Assembly (NCBI GenBank): GCA_965261735.1
Contig: OZ253470.1
Span: forward strand, 640,001 to 704,000
Source of the DNA: Alphaproteobacteria bacterium
Lineage (GTDB): Bacteria > Pseudomonadota > Alphaproteobacteria > SHVV01
Reading direction: 5' to 3'
Length of the DNA stretch: 64,000 nt
Shown here: positions 1-9,742 of the stretch, piece by piece
Numbering within the stretch: position 1 is the stretch's first letter
Layout of the letters: each line of letters opens with the position of its first letter
Notes under the pieces: generated by a model
Database searches by the model: none
What the model saw: only the letters and a program-made list of their open reading frames with translations
Told to the model about the DNA's origin: nothing
Position numbers and translations under genes: made by a program

Positions 1-259
1 ACTGGTCGCTGGTGTAGGCGCCGAAGTCCGAGTTCTTCTGCTCCTCCTCGGAGAGATCGGGCATCAGCGCGAGCAGGTCCTCCACCCCCTCGTAGACGAC
101 CCGCATCGCGCCGGCGGTGAACCGGCTGTTACCGCCGCGCTCCTCTTCCGGCGCGCGCTCCAGCACAACCACCTCGGCGCCATGCTCGCGCGCAGCCAGG
201 GCCGCGCAGAGGGCGGCGTTGCCGCCGCCAATGACCACGACGTCGCAGGCTTGAGACAT
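1..259 (-). CDS. FAD-dependent oxidoreductase, tricarballylate dehydrogenase TcuA/CobZ-like (N-terminal part, runs off window)
   Basis: Manual translation MSQACDVVVIGGGNAALCAALAAREHGAEVVVLERAPEEERGGNSRFTAGAMR: GxGxxA FAD motif and RGGNSRFT typical of the TcuA family. Confidence 0.8.
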   Translation of the reverse strand, partial: MSQACDVVVIGGGNAALCAALAAREHGAEVVVLERAPEEERGGNSRFTAGAMRVVYEGVEDLLALMPDLSEEEQKNSDFGAYTSDQ

Positions 260-295
260 GATGTGCTATGCGCCGGGGCGAGCGGCCGGCAGCGC

Positions 296-1129
296 CTACC
301 GCGCGCGCTCGCGCTCGAGCGTGCGCCAGTGCGACAGCCTGCGTTCGATCCACCCCGTGACTTCCGTCAGCACGATGCCGATGAAGCCGATAATGACGAT
401 CGCAATGTAGAGTTCCGCCATGTAGAAGGCATCGCCCGAATCGCGGATCATCCCCCCGAAACCGGTCGTCGCCGTGAAGAACTCGGCGACCACCATGCCG
501 ATGATCGCCAGGCCCACGCACAGGCGGACGCCGGCCATGACGTAAGGAACCGCCCCCGGCAGCGTGATCTTGAAAAAGATCTGCGACTCGCTGGCACCGA
601 ACACTCGTCCGATGTCGAGCATGGCGCCCCGCGTGTCTTTAATTCCCGTGTAGGTATTGATGATTACGGGGAAGATGGCGATGGAGACGAGGATCACCAC
701 CTTGACCGTGGTCTCAAGGCCGAACCACATGATGAACAGAGGGATGAACGCGATACGCGGCATGACGTAGAACCCGTTGATGAACGGGTCCATCGTGTAC
801 TCGAAGAACCACCACTGGCCGATCATCACGCCGATGGCGATGCCGCCGAAAATGGAAATCCCCAGGCCGATCAGGAAATGTTCCATGCTCTCGGCGAAGG
901 CATTGCCCATCGCGCCCGTATTAAAGATGTCGACTCCGGCCCAAAACACGTCGATGGGGCCGACGAGGAACAACTGGTTGGCGTCCCTCGCGGAGATGTG
1001 CCAGAAGATGAAAAAAGCGATGACCGCGACGGTGCGGACCGTGTTGGGGACCGAGCGGACGGCGGCCATAGCGCGGCCGAAATCGTTCTTTTCTCCGCGT
1101 CCGCGTGCGCTGATTTGTTGCACGGCCAT
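296..1129 (-). CDS. ABC transporter permease, TauC/SsuC (NitT/TauT) family
   Basis: Six hydrophobic segments; PRIAFIPLFIMWFG; EAA-like region FGASESQIFFKITLPGAVPY. Confidence 0.9.
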   Translation of the reverse strand: MAVQQISARGRGEKNDFGRAMAAVRSVPNTVRTVAVIAFFIFWHISARDANQLFLVGPIDVFWAGVDIFNTGAMGNAFAESMEHFLIGLGISIFGGIAIGVMIGQWWFFEYTMDPFINGFYVMPRIAFIPLFIMWFGLETTVKVVILVSIAIFPVIINTYTGIKDTRGAMLDIGRVFGASESQIFFKITLPGAVPYVMAGVRLCVGLAIIGMVVAEFFTATTGFGGMIRDSGDAFYMAELYIAIVIIGFIGIVLTEVTGWIERRLSHWRTLERERAR

Positions 1130-1158
1130 CGGCGTAGCGTCGGGCTAGAGTCCGGCGT

Positions 1159-1863
1159 TCACTGGATCGCCTTAACCAGGCGATACATGTCGTCGTACAT
1201 GAGGAGCATCATGTCGATCGTCTCCTCGACGGTCCTGAGAACGCGCCGTACGTCGTCGTCGGTCTTGGCAAACTGGCCCAAGAGCTCCTCGCCGATGCCG
1301 GAGTGGTCCTTGTCGGCCGTTTGGTGGACCGTGAAGAAGCGCACGTCCTCGTCCGACAGTCCGTAATACTTGCGCAGCGCATCGGCGCGGCGGCTGCCGT
1401 GGGCCGGGACCGGTCCCTCGGCCGCCAGCATGTGGGCCGAGACGCCCTCGAGAAAATCGCGTCCGCAAACATCGCTGAAGTACGCCTTGAACGCCAGCGC
1501 GCCGGCGCAGTAATCGGCGTTCCACATCTCGTCGCGGCTGATGCCGAGCGCCTCGCCGTAGCGCAGATACAGTTCGTTGTGCCCGACTCCGTCCGCGTAG
1601 AGGCGACCTGTGGCCTCTTCGTAGCATACCTCGACAATGCGGGCGCGCCATTGCGGGTCCGGGCAGACCACGTAGAGCCGCCCGTGGAAGTTGTGGTTGT
1701 ACAGCGGAATGATGCCGTTCTGCTTGGCGAACGCCTTGACTTGCTCCTTGCTCAGCTCGCCGTCGCACAACTCGGTCCACAGGGAGTGCCCGAAGCGCGG
1801 CTTGCGCCGGTGAATCGCCTCGATCTCCTCAAGCACGCTTTCGGCAGAAATCGTCATCGTCAA
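1159..1863 (-). CDS. Heme-oxygenase-like diiron oxidase (CADD/PqqC/TenA superfamily)
   Basis: Candidate metal ligands YEE..., GHNELY, AAEG and FFTVHQTADKDH match the CADD-type E/H/E/H/D/H set. Confidence 0.75.
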   Translation of the reverse strand: MTMTISAESVLEEIEAIHRRKPRFGHSLWTELCDGELSKEQVKAFAKQNGIIPLYNHNFHGRLYVVCPDPQWRARIVEVCYEEATGRLYADGVGHNELYLRYGEALGISRDEMWNADYCAGALAFKAYFSDVCGRDFLEGVSAHMLAAEGPVPAHGSRRADALRKYYGLSDEDVRFFTVHQTADKDHSGIGEELLGQFAKTDDDVRRVLRTVEETIDMMLLMYDDMYRLVKAIQ

Positions 1864-1936
1864 CCCCTCGAACGCTTGCGCAAAATGGAGAAGCGCGGAC
1901 CGCCCGATGGTGGCGGTCCGCGCCTTCCGGGCTGAG

Positions 1937-2953
1937 CTAGAACGAGCCCAGTTCCTTGATGATCGGCTCCACGATCGAGGTGTCGAGCACCTGGTCGGTA
2001 GAGATCGCTTTCTTCAGTACGCCGTATTCGAGGTACCTGCTGGCCGTGAAATCGGTGACCTCGTTGGGAACGCCGCCGTCGACGCCCCATACCGGAATCG
2101 CATTGAGCTGGCCGACGACCGTCTTGATGAGGGCGAGGTCGATGTCGGGCGTGCGTTTGTGCATCGCCGCCGCCGCCTCGTCGGGATGCTGGATGGCGTA
2201 ACGCGCCCCCATGATCGAGCCCTTCATGAACTTGGTGAAGGCTTCGCGCTTGACCGGATCTTTCAGGTCTTCGGCCTTGACGGCAAGGTAGACATAACCC
2301 AGGGAGCCGAGTTCCTTGGCCACCGGGGTGATCCAGTTGATCTGGTCACTCGCCCTGGAGGCGGTTAGGGTATTGACCAGCGTGAAGTCCGCCTTGCCCG
2401 AGAGCACCGCCGCGATGCGATCGGCGTGGCCGCCCACGGGAAGGTATTTGAGCCGCTTTTGGACATGGCCGTGTTTCTTCAGGATCATCGTCGTCATGTG
2501 GTTGATCATGCCGACGCCGCCGCCGCCGGCCAACGTCTTGCCGAGCAGGTCTGCGATCTTGGTGATCTTGCCTTTCTTGCTGCTGATCAACTGGTAGTCC
2601 ACGCGCGGCTGCCACGAGCCGATGACCTTGATATCGGCGCCGCCGAGAATGCTAAGCATGGTCGTCGACGGGGCGAGAAGCGTGACGTCGCCGGTGCCCG
2701 AAACCATCGCGCGTATCGCGTTGGGGCTACTGGTCAGGTAAATGTCCTCGACCTCGAGGTCCATGTCCTTGAACCAGCCCTTGTCGGTGGCGATGTAGTA
2801 GGGGATGCCGTACGTCGTGGGCGCCGTCGAAAAGATCATCTTGAGCTTGGACATCGCCGCACCGGCCGGGGTCGCGCCAGCGAGCACGGACGCCGCAGCG
2901 AAAACCGCCGCGATGAAGAGCGTGTGGCATGAGGCTAGTAATGATTTATTCAC
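1937..2953 (-). CDS. ABC transporter substrate-binding protein, NMT1/THI5/SsuA family
   Basis: GTG start at 2953 after GGGAGG; signal peptide; PYYIATDKGWFKDMDLEVE and HPDEAAAAM motifs. Confidence 0.85.
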   Translation of the reverse strand: MNKSLLASCHTLFIAAVFAAASVLAGATPAGAAMSKLKMIFSTAPTTYGIPYYIATDKGWFKDMDLEVEDIYLTSSPNAIRAMVSGTGDVTLLAPSTTMLSILGGADIKVIGSWQPRVDYQLISSKKGKITKIADLLGKTLAGGGGVGMINHMTTMILKKHGHVQKRLKYLPVGGHADRIAAVLSGKADFTLVNTLTASRASDQINWITPVAKELGSLGYVYLAVKAEDLKDPVKREAFTKFMKGSIMGARYAIQHPDEAAAAMHKRTPDIDLALIKTVVGQLNAIPVWGVDGGVPNEVTDFTASRYLEYGVLKKAISTDQVLDTSIVEPIIKELGSF

Positions 2954-3158
2954 CGGCAATTCCTCCCATTTTGATTGTATGACATTCGTCTTGTTTGCAT
3001 GACGTTGGTCGTTGCAATACCATCCCATACCATCTCTGCCTCGTCAACGCGCCGCAACCACAGCACATCCCCCCGCTCAGGCCGATTACGTTCGCAACCA
3101 AGCAGGCGAAAGCCGGAGCGCGGCTCGAATAGTCGTCGTCCAGCATCCCGGCGCCTGG

Positions 3159-4176
3159 GCGCCGATCTCCCATTCCCGCATTCGCTACCCGAGTTCCAGC
3201 GACTTTTCCCCGATGATGCGGCCTGCGCCGCCTACCTGGAGAAAGCCCGCTGGGGAGACGGCTTTGCCTGCCCGCACTGCGGCACGGCGGGAGAGCCGTT
3301 CCACTTTGAAAACCGCCCTGGCGTCCTGCGCTGCCGCAAGTGCCGCCAGAACACCGGGCTGACGGTGGGAACAGTGATGGAGCGTAGCCACACTCCGCTG
3401 AACGTCTGGTTCTGGGCCGCTTATCTGGTCGCCAGTCAGACGCCCGGCATGTCCGCCGTGCAGTTTCAGCGGCAACTTGGTCTTTCGCGCTACGAGACGG
3501 CCTTTCAAATTCTCCACAAGCTCCGCTCGGGCATGGTGCGGCCCAACCAAGACAGGATCGGTGGACAGCCCAAGAACCATGTTGAGGTGGACGAAACCTG
3601 GGTTGGCGGGCGAACGCGTGGGGAAGGCCGTGGTGTTCACCACAAGGTTCCCGTCTCCTGTGCCATCGAGGTGCGTCATCGAAAGCCGGGCACCAAGCTC
3701 GACAACCGGAAAGACGGACGCTATGCCGGACGCGTTCGGCTCGCCGTCGTGCTCGACCGTAGCGCCGAGTCGCTCTGTGGGTTCGTCGAGAGCACCGTCG
3801 CGCCGCGATCGCTGATCGTTACTGACGATTGGAGCGGCTATGCTGGCCTCGGGAAGCGCGGCTATGAGCACTTCGCTGTTGCCGAGTGTGGTGATCCAGA
3901 GGTTGCCGAGCAATACCTGCCGATCATCCATCTGGTTTTCGCCGACCTGAAGACGTGGCTGATCGGTATCTCACCACGGCGTTAGCCACCAGCACCTACA
4001 AGCCTACCTCAACGAGTTCACCTTCCGCTTCAACAGGCGGTTCTACCCGTTCAACGCCTTCCGCTCATTGCTCGGCATCGCGGGCGACACCTCTGCTCCA
4101 ACCTATGCCGAGCTTTACTCGGGAGAGTGGCGGCACCCTACATGTAGCGGTCATGGGCGTTAACCGGATAAGCAAG
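3159..4176 (+). mobile_element. IS1595-family element, 5'-truncated and frameshifted copy
   Basis: Near-identical to the intact copy at 39601-40705; zinc ribbon CPHC/CRKC, VEVDET, TDDW; extra T near 3971; right end ...AACCGGATAAGCAAG. Confidence 0.95.
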
Positions 4177-4395
4177 GGTTGGACGACTTGACTCTTCGCG
4201 CTGTGCGTACCGCCGACAGTCTCCGCCGCGTGGCACGAGGGGACGTTTGACCGCTCGAAAAGGTCCGTTTCTCGGACACCCACCGGAGGGGCCGGAATGA
4301 GGGGCAAGAACCGTCCTAAAACCCGTTCCGGAAAACAGCGCGATATTGCCCCCACGCGGCGGGTTTTCGGGCGGCATGACAGAGGAGGGTGCGTG

Positions 4396-4734
4396 ATGGC
4401 GCTTAACCGTTGGAGCCGATGGCGGTCTTTTCCGGATCCAAAGACAGGCGGCTACCTATCCGCCCCGTTTGGTCCGGGCGTGTACCAATTGCGCAATCGG
4501 AAGACCCGGGAATTAGTTCTGTTCGGAGAGAGCAAGAACGTAGCACACAGGATGTCTTCTCTCCTGCCGCAGCCTCATGATGCGTCTGGGCGGAACAACG
4601 AGCAAAAGAAGGAATACGTCCTGGTTAATCTCGACAACATCGTGTACCGCGCCAAAGCGTGCGGGTCGGAAGATGAAGCAAGGAACGAAGAGCGTTCCAT
4701 GCGCGTCAAAGGCTCCCATATTTTCAAAACATGA
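4396..4734 (+). CDS. Small GIY-YIG nuclease-like protein
   Basis: PGVYQL...LFGESKNVAHR plus distal EARNEE; ATG after GGAGGG. Confidence 0.6.
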   Translation: MALNRWSRWRSFPDPKTGGYLSAPFGPGVYQLRNRKTRELVLFGESKNVAHRMSSLLPQPHDASGRNNEQKKEYVLVNLDNIVYRAKACGSEDEARNEERSMRVKGSHIFKT

Positions 4735-4791
4735 ACGCGCGTGATTGCCTGGTGCGGAGCGGCGTAAGGACGGGAAAAGGGACGGTGCGTA

Positions 4792-5340
4792 GTGGTCGGT
4801 AGCGGTAGATGGGCTACGCTGAGACATGAGATCGACGTGGTAAGAACCCGCTTGACGGCCGCCGAAGCCCGACCGAACAGGAGTATGTGCCGTCTTCTCG
4901 TGTTGGGCGAAGACCACAGAATTGCTCTTCATCCGGGTGCGGATCCGCTCGCGCTGTGCCGCGCAGCGTGGCGCACTTACGGCTGCGGGCGGCGGGAAGG
5001 CAGTTCCACGGTGGCGATGCAGTTGGTGATGATACTTACCGGCCGGTTCGAGAGGAGTTGGCGAAGGAAGGCGAACGAGATGATTCTCGCGATGCTCGTG
5101 ACCCGCCATGTGCCAAGTGGTGAATTACCTGCGCTCTACCTTTCGGTCGGTTACTACGGTTGGGGCATGAATGATTCGTCCATGCTTGTCGTCGGCTGTG
5201 TATCGATCCGGCATGCTGTTCGCTGCAGGAGTCAGCGATGGTGGTTGCGCGACTGAAGTACCCGGAGCCGCGAAGCTGCTCCGCAGAGAGGCGACTCCAG
5301 ATAGTTCGAAGGTCCGAATACCTCATGGCGCGGCTCAAGG
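4792..5340 (+). pseudogene. Stand-alone peptidoglycan transglycosylase (GT51) domain gene, frameshifted
   Basis: GEDHR..HPGAD, GSSTVAMQL, RKANE and YLSVGYYG correspond to GT51 motifs; C-terminal ARLKYPEP lies in another frame. Confidence 0.7.
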
Positions 5341-5358
5341 ATCATGGCTGGCGGAATT

Positions 5359-6752
5359 AAGGTGGTGCGGAGCGACGAGACGTCGGCCGTCTACGAGCGC
5401 AAGGTTCAACCGAGGCCGAAGCTGGGACCGTGGATCGGGGAACTGGACCGTCGTCTGGAGGCCAACGAGAAGAAGCCGCGCCGGGATCGTCTGTCGATGA
5501 TGCAGATCTACGAGGATCTGGCGTCGCTGGGCTACGCCGGCGGTTACGACGCGGTGCGCCGCTATGCCGGGGCGTGGCGCCGCCGGCGGCGTAGGCCTAT
5601 ATGCCGCTGAGCTTCGATCCCGGCGAGGCCTACCAGTTCGACTGGAGCCAGGAATACGCGATCCTGTCGGGCACGACGAGCACGGTCAAGGCGGCGCACA
5701 TGCGGCTCTGCTACAGCCGCATGCAGCTGGTTCAGCTCTTCCCGCGCGAGAGCCAGGAGATGGTGTTCGAGGCGCACGAGCGTGCCTTCCGCTTCTTCGG
5801 CGGGGTCTGCCGGCGGGGGCATCTACGACAACATGAAGACGGCGGTGAGCACGGTGTTCGTCGGCAAGGAGCGTGCCTACAACCGCCGCTTCCAGGAGAT
5901 GTGTTCGCACCATCTGGGGGAGCCGGGGGCGTGCACCCCGGTGGCGGCATGGGAGAAGGGCCAGGTCGAGAAGCAAGTGGGTGACGTCCGCGGCCGCCTG
6001 TTCGTGCCCCGGCCGCGGGGCCGCTCCTACGCCGAGTTCAACGCGTGCCTGATGGATTGGTGCATCGAGGATGCCAAGAAGCGGCCGCATCCGACGATCA
6101 AGGGCAAGACGGTGTGGCAGGTGTTCGAGGAAGAACAGCCTTTCCTGATGGCGTATCGAGGGGGCCGTTCGACGGTTTCCATGCGGTCGAGGCGGCGGTC
6201 TCGAAGGCCTTCCTGGTGCGCTTCGACAACAACCAGTACAGCGTCGCGGCGTGCACCGTCGGACGGCCGGTCGACGTGCGGGCCTATGCCGAGAGGATCG
6301 TCATCCGCCAGGACGGCGAGACCGTCGCCGAGCACCCCCGGCGCTTCGCGCGCGGCGAGATCGCCTACGATCCCTCGCACTATGTGCCGATCCTGGCGCG
6401 AAATCCCGGCGCGCTGAGGAACGGCGCGCCCTTCAAGGACTGGCAGCTGCCCGGTGCGCTCGGCCGCATGCGGGCCCGGCTGTCGGACCGCGACGACGGC
6501 GACCGGCAGATCGTCAAGGTGTTCACGGCGGTGCAGGAGGACGGCCTGGAGGCGGTCGAGGCGGCTTGCGCCGAAGCCCTCGCCCATGGCGCCTGCAGCG
6601 CCGATGTCGTGCTCAACATCCTCGCCCGGCAGCGCCAGCCGGCGCCGGCGGCGGCGATCCCGACCCCGGAAGGCCTGCAGCTCCGCCACTTGCCGACGGT
6701 CGACTGCCGCCGCTACGACCGCCTGAGGGAGGCCGACCATGGAGCGTCATGA
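5359..6752 (+). pseudogene. istA: IS21 transposase IstA, several frameshifts
   Basis: FDPGEAYQFDWS, IYDNMKTAV, WEKGQVE and LARNPGALRNGAPF spread over different frames. Confidence 0.9.
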
Positions 6753-7470
6753 AGTGCTGGCGATGATGACCGCGCTGAAGCTCGCAGGCATGCGCGCCGC
6801 CTATGACGACATCCTCGCCGACGGGATCAAGCGCCGTCATCCGGTGCACCGGATCGTCGGCGCACTGCTGCAGGCCGAGATCGCCGACAAGACGGCGCGC
6901 TCGATCAAATACCAGATGATGAGCGACAAGCTGCCGATGGCCAAGGAACTGGCCGACCTCGACTTCTCCGCCTCCCCGGTCAACGAACCCCTGATCCGCA
7001 ACCTGGCGGCCGGCGGATTCCTCGAAGGCAAGCGCAACCTCGTGCTGGTCAGCGGCACCGGCACCGGCAAGACCCATCTCGCCGTCGCCATCATGCGCGC
7101 CTGCATCCGAAACGGCGCCCGCGGCCGCTGCCACAACTTCGTCGAGCTGGTCAACCTCCTCGAGGCCGAACTCCGGTCCGGCCGTCAGGGTCGCACCGCC
7201 GATGTAGCACACCCGGCGCGACTTCTCATCCTGCTCGACGAACTCGGCTACCTGCCCTTCGCCCAGGCCGGCGGCCAGCTGCTGTTCCACCTGATGAGCC
7301 GGCTCTACGAGCGCACCTCGATCATCGTCACCTCCAACCTCGTCTTCGGCGAATGGCCCTCCGTCTTTGGCGACCCCAAGATGACCACGGCGCTGCTCGA
7401 CCGCCTGACCCATCATTGCGAGATCGTCGAAACCGGCAACGAAAGCTGGCGCTTCAAGCACCGCTCGTAA
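6739..7470 (+). CDS. istB: IS21 helper ATPase IstB
   Basis: [40 protein letters not shown]. Confidence 0.92.
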   Translation: MERHEVLAMMTALKLAGMRAAYDDILADGIKRRHPVHRIVGALLQAEIADKTARSIKYQMMSDKLPMAKELADLDFSASPVNEPLIRNLAAGGFLEGKRNLVLVSGTGTGKTHLAVAIMRACIRNGARGRCHNFVELVNLLEAELRSGRQGRTADVAHPARLLILLDELGYLPFAQAGGQLLFHLMSRLYERTSIIVTSNLVFGEWPSVFGDPKMTTALLDRLTHHCEIVETGNESWRFKHRS

Positions 7471-7589
7471 TCCGGCGCCGACCGAGCCTGCGGCCCGGTT
7501 GACCCGGTGGGTCAACAGGCACCCCCCCCTGTGGACTACCAGGATAACCTCCATCCAGCCTCCTGAAGGGGTCATCTGTGGACGCCTCC

Positions 7590-7846
7590 GTTGATGCAAG
7601 CATTTCTTTGAACGTCTTGGGGCATGTGGTCAGGTGCGGTCATCTGTCCGGCCTCATGATGCGGCTGGTTTGACGCCGCAGGCCCCTATGGAGATGTGCA
7701 GACCGGGTCCAAGATCAATTTTGCGGGCTTGAAAGCCCCTTGACCCACCGCTGGTTTTCCCGATCCCGTCTCGATTGACCGTTTGCCCTTACTCGTCCTC
7801 CGACCTGCTCACACCCCCGACGTCATTCCGCGAGGCTGCCGCCGTG
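7590..7846 (-). ncRNA. Putative bridge RNA/seekRNA of IS1111 element A
   Basis: ~260-nt non-coding region 3' of the recombinase; scaffold shared with 16377-16628; loop segments match own target and donor junction. Confidence 0.75.
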
Positions 7847-8875
7847 TCAGGCAGCAGCCGGCGCGAAACCTCGGTAGGTCTCCTTGCGTGTCATGAGCGC
7901 CCAGACGATGCGCGCCATCTTGTTGGCCAGCGCCACCGCGACAAGCATTCGCGGCTTGCGCGCCAGCATCCTGGCCAGCCAGGGGTCGTTCGTTTCGCCG
8001 CGACGAACCGCCGAGCTGACGACAGCCATGGCGCCGATGATCAAGAGGCGCCTCAGATCGCGTTGGCCCATCTTCGATATCCTGCCCAGCCGTGGCTTGC
8101 CGCCGGTCGTGTGCTGTCGCGGCACGAGGCCCAGCCAGGCAGAGAAGTCGCGGCCGCGCCGAAAGCTCTCCATCGGCGGCGCGAAGGCCTGAAGCGCCAT
8201 CGCGTTGATCGGCCCGATCCCTGGGATGGTCATGAGCCGTGCCGCCTGCTCGTCCTGACGCGCGCAGGCGCGGAGCTCCTTTTCCAATCCGCCGATCTTC
8301 GCATCGAGGTCAGCGATCTGACCGAGCAGAACGCCACCCAGCGCGCGGACCGCTCCCGGTAGTCCCGAACCCGGATCCTCGAGTGCCGATGCCAGCCGAC
8401 CGACATGAGCCGGTCCCTGCGGCGCGATGACGCCGAACTCTGCCAGGTGGCCACGTAGCGCGTTGATCGTCTGCGTGCGCTGGCGCACCAGAAGATCGCG
8501 CGTGTGGAACAGCATCGCTCTTGCCTGTTGCTCTTCCCCCTTCACCGCCACGAAGCGCATGGTCGGGCGCTGCGCCGCCTCGCAGATCGCCTCCGCGTCC
8601 GCCGCGTCGTTCTTCTGCCGCTTCACGAACGGCTTCACGTAGATCGGTGGGACCAACCTCACTTCGTGGCCGAGCTTCAAAATCTCCCGGCCCCAGTAGT
8701 GGGCGCTCGCACAGGCCTCCATCGCCACCACGCATCGCTGCTGCGCGCCGAGAATGTACAGCAGCCTCTCCCGGCTCACCTTCCTGCGGAACGCGACCGA
8801 ACCGTCCGCCCGAGCACCGTGAAGTTGAAAGCTGCGCTTCGCCAGATCGATCCCGATGATGTTAACCTGTTCCAT
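7847..8875 (-). CDS. IS110-family DEDD recombinase
   Basis: IGIDLAK, VAMEAC, KNDAADAEAI, LMTIPGIG, AWLGLVPRQHTTGGK, ALANKMAR; ATG at 8875 after GGAGG. Confidence 0.95.
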   Translation of the reverse strand: MEQVNIIGIDLAKRSFQLHGARADGSVAFRRKVSRERLLYILGAQQRCVVAMEACASAHYWGREILKLGHEVRLVPPIYVKPFVKRQKNDAADAEAICEAAQRPTMRFVAVKGEEQQARAMLFHTRDLLVRQRTQTINALRGHLAEFGVIAPQGPAHVGRLASALEDPGSGLPGAVRALGGVLLGQIADLDAKIGGLEKELRACARQDEQAARLMTIPGIGPINAMALQAFAPPMESFRRGRDFSAWLGLVPRQHTTGGKPRLGRISKMGQRDLRRLLIIGAMAVVSSAVRRGETNDPWLARMLARKPRMLVAVALANKMARIVWALMTRKETYRGFAPAAA

Positions 8876-8963
8876 GGACGCCTCCTCCTCCGGGGGTTGG
8901 TCACGCCACCACCTTGGCACACTGCGATGCCGTCGGGAGGAGGCGTCCACTCCATCAATTTTG

Positions 8964-9146
8964 GGGTCTGTCGCCGTCTCGATGATGTCAGCGGTTTATG
9001 GACGCCAGATGCCGGCGAACGGAGGCCAGATCGACAATCTGAGGGCCTTCCAGCGCCAGACTTTTGGGATGTGCCGATCTGGATGTGCTCAGAATCCGCC
9101 TCGTCGTGCTGTCCGAAGCCACCATCATCGAGATTGAGTCAGACCC
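8964..9146 (+). mobile_element. 183-bp MITE, internally deleted ISL3-like derivative
   Basis: 24-bp imperfect IR GGGTCTG-N6-TCTCGATGATG at both ends; flanking duplication AATTTTG (8957-8963, 9147-9153); interior resembles an ISL3 transposase C-terminus (GQIDNLRAFQRQTFG). Confidence 0.7.
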
Positions 9147-9167
9147 AATTTTGAACGCTGATTGACA

Positions 9168-9742
9168 CCCTCGCACCCGCGCATCAGGTCCTCTCGCGCG
9201 AAGCCATTGTCGCCGCGCAGCAGGATGTCGACGTTGGGCCATCGTTCGCCGATCATCCGGACGATGCGGCGGATCTGGTTGCGCGCGCCCCTGGCGCCCT
9301 CGATGTTGGCGGGTCGGAGCTGGGCGAGCAGGAGATGGCGGCCGCAGAAGACGTAGAGCGGCAGGAAGCAGCGGTGTTCGTAATAGCCGTGGAAGAAGGC
9401 GTTCTCCTGGCGCCCATGGGTCTCCACGTCGGTGGCGTCGACATCGAGGGTGATGCGCGCGGGCGGCGTCTGGTGGGCGTCGAGAAACAGGGTGCCGAAC
9501 AGGTTGGAGAGTTTCTTGAGGTTGGCAGAGATCTGATGGTACCGGCGATCGCCGGTGTCCCAGGCGTGCTCGATGCGGTTCAGCGTCGATTTGCCGGCCA
9601 ACGCCGGCGGGCCTTTACCGGTGGCCGGCGTCGGCTCGCCGCCGCAATCGGCGAGGAGCTTGCACGCCGGATCGTGGCGCAAGGCGTCGTGATCGTTGAT
9701 GTTTTCATAGCCCAGGGCGATGCCCGCGACCCGCTGGGCCTT
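9168..9742 (-). pseudogene. IS1380-family transposase internal fragment
   Basis: GYENINDHDALRHDP, LAGKSTLNR, ITLDVDATD, GYYEHRCFLPL, LLRGDNGF. Confidence 0.9.

Larger units (their letters stand above)
7574..8956 (-). mobile_element. IS110-family, IS1111-group element A
   Basis: Sub-terminal IRs TGGACGCCTCC (7579-7589) and GGAGGCGTCCA (8939-8949); no TSD; removal restores the IS21 end GGGGTC|AATTTTG. Confidence 0.92.
5359..9167 (+). mobile_element. IS21-family element, left end lost, with two nested insertions in its right terminal repeat
   Basis: istA remnants plus istB; the right end reconstitutes as GGGGTC|AATTTTGAACGCTGATTGACA ending at 9167. Confidence 0.85.

Noticed and set aside
7506-7515. 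GGTGGGTCAA matching the extended guide of IS1111-A
   Set aside because: Only the left half matches (followed by CAGGC, not TTTTG); not an insertion site
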